A DNA stretch of 64,000 nt from Patescibacteria group bacterium (GTDB lineage Bacteria; Patescibacteriota; Microgenomatia; UBA1400; PJMF01). The translations under genes were made by a program, and so were the position numbers. Positions within the stretch are counted from its first letter, which is position 1; each line of letters begins with the position of its first letter. The stretch covers positions 118,236 to 182,235 of the forward strand of contig JAZQJV010000018.1 in the NCBI GenBank assembly GCA_045541795.1, written 5' to 3'. The notes under the pieces are model-generated. The model searched no databases. It had not been told where the DNA came from and saw nothing but the letters and a program-made list of their open reading frames with translations. Below are positions 58,050-64,000 of the stretch, one piece after another.

Positions 58050-59090
58050 TTAGACAAAAACTGCCCACTGCTTGGGGTTTTGCCCGGCCACAATCTGACA
58101 GCTAATTTCCAGCGCTCCGTAAACTGGGGATTTTTCCGGGATGATGAGCACGGCTGGCAGTCCTGAGTCTGCTATCATTTTGGCAAATTCCTCCCGCCAG
58201 CAAAGCAAGAAACTCCCGCCCGCCACCAAGTCAAATTGCGTCTCCGCCAGCCCCAATTTGTAAGCCAACGCCTGCACATGAGTGAACAATTGCCCCAGAC
58301 AATAATTGACGATGTGGATGGCTACCTGGTCACCAGCTAGGGCCTGCGTACTGCATACCTTAGCCAAAGCCGCGATCTCATCTTTGCCCGGGACACGGCT
58401 ATATATGACGTCTTTAAGCTCTGCCAAATTGTCCACTTCAAAATGCCGTAAAACTGGTTTTGTCAGCGTTGTCTCCATGCCGCGCCCATCGAGTGCTCGT
58501 GCCACCGCGCGCAAAGTCAGTCTACCGGCGTCAAAGCCGCTGCCTTCGTCACTCAAAAGGTAATCCAGTCCGCCCATGCGCGACCATTGACCCTCACTGC
58601 TCACGCCGATACAATTACTGCCCGTCCCGCCGATAATTACCATTGCTGGCCGCTTGCTGGTCCCGGCTGTCAGCGCCGCCACCGCGTCATTAATGATCAC
58701 GATTTTTTTAATTGGCCACTCACGCAAGGTCTCGCCCAAAACTTGCTCTGCTCGCCGCAGATCCTGCTTGGTATCCAGCCCCGCAGTCGCGATCACCGCT
58801 AATTCTATTTCTTCATCCAGTGTCTGCTGGACAAACAACGCTGGTGGCACTTGATCGCTGTCGGTGTTTGTCGCTTCTTTTTGTAAAAGTTGACGCACGC
58901 CTTCGCGCGCATTATAGCCGGCCACGCCTACGCTTACCGCTGATACATTGACACTACCACCACTGACAATTTTTTCTATCCTGCCGCTGGCGTCTGCGAG
59001 TAAGTATTCCGATCGGCTCGCGCCGCCATCTATAGCAATGATCTTGCCGCTCACGCGCACCTTTCTTGCAGATCTGCCAGTACGATACAA
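58050..59090 (-). CDS. BadF/BadG/BcrA/BcrD-type ATPase (N-acetylglucosamine kinase-like)
   Basis: IAIDGGASRSEYLL is the N-terminal ASKHA phosphate-1 motif. Confidence 0.55.
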   Translation of the reverse strand: MYRTGRSARKVRVSGKIIAIDGGASRSEYLLADASGRIEKIVSGGSVNVSAVSVGVAGYNAREGVRQLLQKEATNTDSDQVPPALFVQQTLDEEIELAVIATAGLDTKQDLRRAEQVLGETLREWPIKKIVIINDAVAALTAGTSKRPAMVIIGGTGSNCIGVSSEGQWSRMGGLDYLLSDEGSGFDAGRLTLRAVARALDGRGMETTLTKPVLRHFEVDNLAELKDVIYSRVPGKDEIAALAKVCSTQALAGDQVAIHIVNYCLGQLFTHVQALAYKLGLAETQFDLVAGGSFLLCWREEFAKMIADSGLPAVLIIPEKSPVYGALEISCQIVAGQNPKQWAVFV

Positions 59091-60274
59091 TAGCGCCGGT
59101 AAGCCTCATACGGCGAATCATAAGCACTAAAGTAAGCGTGCACATCACCGTCAGCAAAGTATTTGGTGCACATATAATAAAAATGATCACTCGTCTGCAA
59201 ACGACGCCAGTCAGTCAGCAAACGCTCATCTTTTTTGCGCCACACCGCTTTTTCTAAGTCATAAATTTTCCGGAGGGTGTCCCATTGCAAATCATTTGAC
59301 CGCCACGCGGATAAGTCGCGGTCTTCATCTGCCCACGAGATCGGCTCATCCACATTATAAACTGGTAAAGTTTTCACCCACGCTGCCCAGTCTTTTTTGG
59401 TCCGGTATTTTTTGGGCGTCAGTTCATCGCGCGGATTGACGAAATTAATGTGCTCATCATTGCAGCCCAGCTCTACAAACTTTTCAAAAAAAGGAAAGAT
59501 ACCCGTGCTCGCCCACTGATGTTCGCCAAAAGTTTCAAAGTCCATGAAAAGATTAATAATTTCTTCATCGCGGTAGTCATGTAGCCAACGGCAATATTTG
59601 TCTGCGGTCAATGGCCACTCACTCCAGCTTTTTTGCGAAAAACGGAAAGCAATATCATCACTTAAAGGAGCATGCTTGAGCAACATCGGCAGTGCTGGGT
59701 CGCAATTTGCCCGGTAAACCTGTGTTTTTGGCCGGCCGGCCATTAGCCTGTCCACTCCTTCCACCAAAATCCCGCGGAAACCCAAATTAGCCACCTGCCA
59801 GCCGATATAATTACTGTAAATCATTTCGGTATTGCGGAAAACCACCGGTTTGACGTCAAAGAGTTCCCGCAGTAAATCCTTGTGCATTTTTACCTGACGT
59901 TTAAATTCCGTCTCTGAGTAAAGCGCTGACAAAGAGTGATAATAGTTTTCGCCCACAATTTCTACTTGACCGCGATGCTGGCTCAAGCGATAAAGCAAAT
60001 CCAAAACGTCCTGACCCCAAGCTTGACATTGCTCCAAAAATACTCCCGAGCACGAAAACGCAAATTTAAAATCCGGATATTTTTCCACTAGTTTTAAAAG
60101 TAAGCCCAGCATCGGCCGGTAGCTTTTTTCGGCCACCTTCAAAAAGACCTCATGATTTTGGTCGCGGCAATCATCACAAAAATAACGATGCCGCTCATCC
60201 CCGAGATCCGTCACCGCAAAATTTGTCAACCGGTAAGGCTGATGGAGCAAAAAATAAAAACAAACTTTCGGCAT
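59051..60274 (-). CDS. Glycoside hydrolase family 57 (alpha-glucan-active)
   Basis: N-terminal FYFLLHQPYR and the length typical of a GH57 catalytic domain. Confidence 0.5.
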   Translation of the reverse strand: MPKVCFYFLLHQPYRLTNFAVTDLGDERHRYFCDDCRDQNHEVFLKVAEKSYRPMLGLLLKLVEKYPDFKFAFSCSGVFLEQCQAWGQDVLDLLYRLSQHRGQVEIVGENYYHSLSALYSETEFKRQVKMHKDLLRELFDVKPVVFRNTEMIYSNYIGWQVANLGFRGILVEGVDRLMAGRPKTQVYRANCDPALPMLLKHAPLSDDIAFRFSQKSWSEWPLTADKYCRWLHDYRDEEIINLFMDFETFGEHQWASTGIFPFFEKFVELGCNDEHINFVNPRDELTPKKYRTKKDWAAWVKTLPVYNVDEPISWADEDRDLSAWRSNDLQWDTLRKIYDLEKAVWRKKDERLLTDWRRLQTSDHFYYMCTKYFADGDVHAYFSAYDSPYEAYRRYCIVLADLQERCA

Positions 60275-61557
60275 TAACTCGTTTTCCTTTTTTTGGTCGT
60301 CACCTTACGTTTACGGGATGTTTTTTTCTTAGCGTCACTGGCCACTTTTTGATATACTTTTTCAATTTTGGCCGCCGACTTTTTCCAGGTGTTTTGGTCT
60401 AGGTGCGCCAACTGATCGCTCACTACTTGTTCGCGGTAAGCGTGATCATTGATCAAATGTAACACTTCCGCCGCCATCGCGTCTACGTCCCAAAAATCAA
60501 ATTTCGGGCTGCCGGTCATCACTTCTACCACTCCAGAATTTTTGGAAGCAATCACCGGCGTGTGTGCCATGGCCGCCTCCGCCGCCGACAGCCCAAAAGG
60601 CTCACTTACACTCGGCATCACAAACACATCCGCTCGCCGCAAAATTGCTTGCTGCGCTCCGCCGCGCACAAATCCCGAAAACAGCAAATTGGCAGACAAA
60701 GATTTACTGGCGGTGCTCAAAAGTAAATGCTGGTACATGTCGCCCATGCCCGAAACAATAAACAAGATGTCTGGCCGCACCGTCATCAGTTTTTCGGCCA
60801 ACTGTACGAAGTAATCCGGGCCTTTTTGCATCGTCAGCCGCCCCATGAACACCACTACCGGCCGGCCGGTGGCAAATACTTTCTCGCCGCCGCTCATTTT
60901 TTGTAAGAAACGCACCACGCCGTTGTGCACTACGTCGATTTTGCAAGGATCAATCCCGTACTGCTCTACCAACACCCGTTTGGTGTAATAGCTCACGGCT
61001 AACACTCTGTCGGCCAGCCGCATTCCGGTCACCTCACACTGTCCGATATAAGTAGCTAAGTCTGCTCCACCACTGCGGTCATATTCGGTAGAATGGATAT
61101 GAGCAATGAAAGGCTTGCCGAGTTTTTGTTTGATCCGGATCGCCGCTGGCATACTCATCCAGTCGTGGGCATGCACCACATCAAACTCATCAATGTGGGC
61201 CAGGGCATAATCAAAAACTTTGGCCGCGTATTCTTCTACTCGGTCTTCCATCCATGATCCCGGGCGCGGGCAAAATTCAGTCTCAGCACTATCGGTATTT
61301 TTGCTATTGGCGTAAGCATTAAAAGGCGGGCGAGAATTTGAGTCTTCCGGCAAGAAATCAGCCCAACTACTATTATAACAGTCCACCACATCGATGTTTT
61401 CCGGCACATCCTGGGCGATGTAGGGCAGAGTAAACTTTACGCTCACACCATCAGCATGCAGCGCTTGTGCCATCTGCGCACAGGCAGTGCCCAAACCGCC
61501 ACTATTGTGTGGTGGTAACTCCCAGCCGATCATTAATACTCTTGGTTTTTCTTGCAC
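60274..61557 (-). CDS. Glycogen-synthase-like glycosyltransferase (GT4/GT5) with a Lys-rich C-terminal tail
   Basis: N-terminal WELPPHNSGGLGTA resembles the K-x-GGL nucleotide-sugar motif. GT-B fold. Confidence 0.5.
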   Translation of the reverse strand: MQEKPRVLMIGWELPPHNSGGLGTACAQMAQALHADGVSVKFTLPYIAQDVPENIDVVDCYNSSWADFLPEDSNSRPPFNAYANSKNTDSAETEFCPRPGSWMEDRVEEYAAKVFDYALAHIDEFDVVHAHDWMSMPAAIRIKQKLGKPFIAHIHSTEYDRSGGADLATYIGQCEVTGMRLADRVLAVSYYTKRVLVEQYGIDPCKIDVVHNGVVRFLQKMSGGEKVFATGRPVVVFMGRLTMQKGPDYFVQLAEKLMTVRPDILFIVSGMGDMYQHLLLSTASKSLSANLLFSGFVRGGAQQAILRRADVFVMPSVSEPFGLSAAEAAMAHTPVIASKNSGVVEVMTGSPKFDFWDVDAMAAEVLHLINDHAYREQVVSDQLAHLDQNTWKKSAAKIEKVYQKVASDAKKKTSRKRKVTTKKRKTS

Positions 61558-61686
61558 GGACTTATGTTATCACGAATTGGGATGTCCTGCAAGTAGATAT
61601 TTTATACTCATAAGGGGTCAGATTTTTATAGGTCCTAAACTTAAAATATTATAGGGTATGCAAATTTAGGCCTATAATATTAAATC

Positions 61687-61727
61687 AAAATTGACTCTTG
61701 ACAAATGACCCATAATGTGGTATAATA
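61687..61727 (+). promoter_or_regulatory. Consensus sigma70 promoter, copy 2 (aaaattgactcttgacaaatgacccataatgtggtataata)
   Basis: Near-identical to copy 1. It drives a 27-codon K-rich ORF (MKGKQVIKNSQKY...) and the gene at 61831. Confidence 0.6.
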
Positions 61728-61830
61728 GGTAATTATGAAAGGTAAACAGGTGATAAAAAACAGTCAAAAATACTCGCGAATGTGGTCGGCGTGGATTTTG
61801 GGGGTTGACAATATGTGAATTGATGGTAAA

Positions 61831-62334
61831 ATGCACACCATGGAAGAAAGATATACACCCATCATTACAATTAGCGTCGTGATTGCAGCTTTGTTTGCGA
61901 CTTTGGTCTTTGTCCGGCTACATCGTACCCCGCTCGCCACCCCAGAGACATATAATGAAGTTTCACCCAGTGCTGAGCTGGCATTAGATTTTAATGCTCA
62001 CCGTCATTATATCTTTAGTCGTGACGACTGCATCCACTGTCAAAACCTAGAAAGCTACCTTGATAGTCATGAAGGCAGCCGTTCTCGTCTCGACATCGAG
62101 ATAGCCAATCTCTCTCAAACGGCCACTGCCAACTACTTCTATAATAAAGCCGTGGAATTTAGTGAAGTTTGCGGCCAGGATTCCAGCCAGTTGGGTACAC
62201 CGTTCCTCTATATCAATGATGAGAGTGTGCCCATGAGTGAACGTTGCATCGCTGGCGATACGCCGATCATGGCTTACTTTGACGGTTTGCTCGCGCCAGA
62301 GACAGCCAGTATGCCTGCTGCCGATAATCAATGA
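61831..62334 (+). CDS. Membrane-anchored thioredoxin/glutaredoxin-fold protein
   Basis: N-terminal TM. CIHC (CxxC) and a downstream GTPFLYIND resemble the glutaredoxin fold. Confidence 0.35.
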   Translation: MHTMEERYTPIITISVVIAALFATLVFVRLHRTPLATPETYNEVSPSAELALDFNAHRHYIFSRDDCIHCQNLESYLDSHEGSRSRLDIEIANLSQTATANYFYNKAVEFSEVCGQDSSQLGTPFLYINDESVPMSERCIAGDTPIMAYFDGLLAPETASMPAADNQ

Positions 62335-62381
62335 CTATTAGTGAATTAGCCGTGGTAAGTAGTGAGTAGAAATGGGGTTTT

Positions 62382-63368
62382 GTGAAAAAAGTGATCTGGG
62401 CAGCATTGATTTTAGGTTTGGTCGTAGTTTTTGGCGGATTCTTTGGTCTGGTGTGGTATGTGCAAGCTCTATTTGCTCCCATCAATCCTGCCGACCAGAC
62501 AGAAATTCACTATGTGGTGGCAAAGGGTAGCTCACTGGGGGCGGTGGCCGCTGATCTGGAAGCTCAAGGCATTGTCAAGAGTGCGGAAGGCTTGCGGCTT
62601 TATGCCCGGATTTTCCATGTGGGCGATAGCGTCCAGGCTGGAGAGCATATCTTGCATCGCAGTGATGATGCCGCCGGGATTATCTCGAGCCTAGAAATGC
62701 CACCCGCTCAGGTGACGTTTACCATTTTGCCCGGGTGGCGGCGTGAAGAAATCGCTGCTTATCTGAGCACTGCTGGTTTGAGCGAATTTGATGACAAGCA
62801 GTTTTTGGCGCTCACTGCCGATCTGGAAGGTCAGCTCATGCCCGAAACCTACAAAATTGCTCCCTTGAGTGATACAGCGACCATCGTGGATGTGCTCCAT
62901 GGACAATTTGTACACGACATCCTAGAAAACCCCGAGCTGCAGCCACAGTTTGCCGCCTCCAGCTATAGTCAAAATGAAATCATTACTCTCGCCTCCTTGC
63001 TCCAGCGCGAGGGCAAATCTCTATCCGAAATGAAAATGATCGCCGGGATCTTGTATTCCCGTCTGGAAGACCATTATCCGCTTCAGCTGTGCGCTAGTGC
63101 GCAATACGCCACGGGTCAAGACAGTGAGAGTGGCAAATGGTGGGAACCGCCCACCCTGGCCGATACTCAGTTTGACTCACCATACAATACTTACGTCAAC
63201 AAGGGGCTGCCACCAGGGCCGATCAGTACTGTCAGCGTGGATGCCGTGCGCGCCGCTCTGGATCCCACGCCGAGTGACTATTATTACTATTTACATGATA
63301 GTGATGGGCAGATTCACTATGCCACCACGCTTGATGGTCACGAACGTAATAAAAGTTTATATTTATAG
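62382..63368 (+). CDS. mltG: Endolytic murein transglycosylase MltG (YceG family)
   Basis: N-terminal TM and YceG-like motifs (GLPPGPIST...). Confidence 0.7.
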   Translation: MKKVIWAALILGLVVVFGGFFGLVWYVQALFAPINPADQTEIHYVVAKGSSLGAVAADLEAQGIVKSAEGLRLYARIFHVGDSVQAGEHILHRSDDAAGIISSLEMPPAQVTFTILPGWRREEIAAYLSTAGLSEFDDKQFLALTADLEGQLMPETYKIAPLSDTATIVDVLHGQFVHDILENPELQPQFAASSYSQNEIITLASLLQREGKSLSEMKMIAGILYSRLEDHYPLQLCASAQYATGQDSESGKWWEPPTLADTQFDSPYNTYVNKGLPPGPISTVSVDAVRAALDPTPSDYYYYLHDSDGQIHYATTLDGHERNKSLYL

Positions 63369-63370
63369 TC

Positions 63371-64000
63371 ATGAAAAAAACCGTCTTGGCACTCGTTTTT
63401 TCGCTTACATGGGTAAGCAGCGTGCAGGCGGCCGAATTTGACGCGGATTTACAGGCGGAGTATAGTTTTGCACCCAGTAGTCCGGCTAAAGTTACCCTTG
63501 ATTATACCCTGACCAACACCAACGCTGCCGTCTTTGTCCAAAATTACCAGGTGATTTTGCCTGGCAGCGCGGCCAGTATTGTCGTCCAAAACAAAGACGA
63601 GGATATTACGAAAGAAGTGCATACCGATCACGATCGGCAGGTTTTAGACCTCGCTTTTCAAAATGATACCGTGGGTCAAGGCAAAAAAAGAAAGTTTGCC
63701 CTTGAATACATAGACAGCAAGCTCCTCGGGCGCCGGGGCGGCAGTCAGCTGATCCGGATCCCAGCTCTTGAAGGCTACGAAAACCTCACAACGTACAAAA
63801 CTATCGTCCGCTTGCCGCTAGGCTTTGGCAGCCCAGATCTACTCACCCCGCAGCCGAGTAAGGTGGGCACGGCTTCTGGGCAACTGGTATATACCTTTGA
63901 CCAAAAAGACGGCCAGACGATTAATATCGGTTTTGGGCAAAAACAAGTCCTCCAGTTTAATTACGAGCGGATCTTGACCAACCTCAGTAATTATCCGGCC
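63371..64000 (+). CDS. Secreted protein, partial (continues past the window end)
   Basis: Signal peptide MKKTVLALVFSLTWVSSVQA. Truncated at the window end. Confidence 0.4.
   Translation, partial: MKKTVLALVFSLTWVSSVQAAEFDADLQAEYSFAPSSPAKVTLDYTLTNTNAAVFVQNYQVILPGSAASIVVQNKDEDITKEVHTDHDRQVLDLAFQNDTVGQGKKRKFALEYIDSKLLGRRGGSQLIRIPALEGYENLTTYKTIVRLPLGFGSPDLLTPQPSKVGTASGQLVYTFDQKDGQTINIGFGQKQVLQFNYERILTNLSNYPA

Noticed and set aside
57905-58093. 63-codon N-terminal extension of the nucleotidyltransferase ORF
   Set aside because: The extension runs through the duplicated plus-strand promoter and is hydrophobic low-complexity. The conserved G-x-G-x-R loop begins right after the internal Met at 57904.
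1-64000. Scan for a CRISPR array
   Set aside because: No regularly spaced short direct repeats with unique spacers were seen. The only multi-copy short sequences are the two promoter-leader repeats, the duplicated 40-bp promoter and codon-level tandem repeats inside genes.

Overview
The window is a compact bacterial chromosome segment, mostly about 50-55% GC with short intergenic gaps. Basic tail extensions on IF-1, S9 and L17, VirB2/TrbC-like pilins, many GT-C membrane glycosyltransferases and a short IF-2 fit a reduced-genome lineage such as CPR/Patescibacteria. That placement is inference only.

Layout from left to right:
- 1-570: a stand-alone promoter, micro-ORF and terminator unit, followed by a uvrA 3' remnant.
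- About 600-9500: a markedly AT-richer (roughly 30-40% GC) accessory island.
  - It holds two convergent two-gene operons, each led by a YhcG/DUF1016-family PD-(D/E)xK nuclease: YhcG-like then an AlbA_2 (Schlafen-like) protein on the plus strand, and YhcG-like then a Shedu-like DUF4263 nuclease on the minus strand.
  - The minus-strand cassette is bracketed by roughly 65-bp direct repeats, each carrying a -10 box plus a conserved 30-mer.
  - Next come a frameshifted zinc-ribbon/TM2 gene, a secreted thermonuclease with two Excalibur domains, an Ltp-type (phage superinfection-exclusion) repeat protein, a TfoX_N protein and an HD hydrolase.
- 10.2-15.8 kb: surface-glycan genes (GT87-like and GT-C glycosyltransferases, a GH3 hydrolase).
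- 15.8-20.3 kb: a conserved infA-rpmJ-rpsM-rpsK-rpsD-rpoA-rplQ-rplM-rpsI block, then an ATP-dependent DNA ligase and a GT4 glycosyltransferase.
- 23.8 kb: tRNA-Glu(UUC).
- 24-28.6 kb: an unusual module. It comprises a 700-aa protein with an unknown N-terminal region fused to a degenerate E1/ThiF-like domain, a divergent acyl-adenylate (ANL) ligase, a stand-alone receiver domain and a VirB2/TrbC-like pilin.
- 28.9-40 kb: comFC, dnaG, rpsT, lepA, a hexapeptide acetyltransferase, a secreted Gly-rich protein, and nusA-infB.
- 40-47.3 kb: a second VirB2-like pilin in operon with a roughly 1190-aa Pro/Ser-linker and Cys-rich protein, then two ArnT/PMT-like GT-C enzymes.
- 47.4-64 kb: secreted proteins, eno-gpmI, an all-minus surface-polysaccharide plus alpha-glucan cluster (flippase, sugar nucleotidyltransferase, BadF kinase, GH57, glycogen-synthase-like GT), and mltG. 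A near-identical consensus sigma70 promoter appears twice, flanking the alpha-glucan cluster.

Many operon-leading genes start 5-10 nt after an extended -10 box (TGnTATAAT), suggesting leaderless mRNAs. The ORF-track coordinates are used where available. My manually derived coordinates may be off by 1-2 nt.
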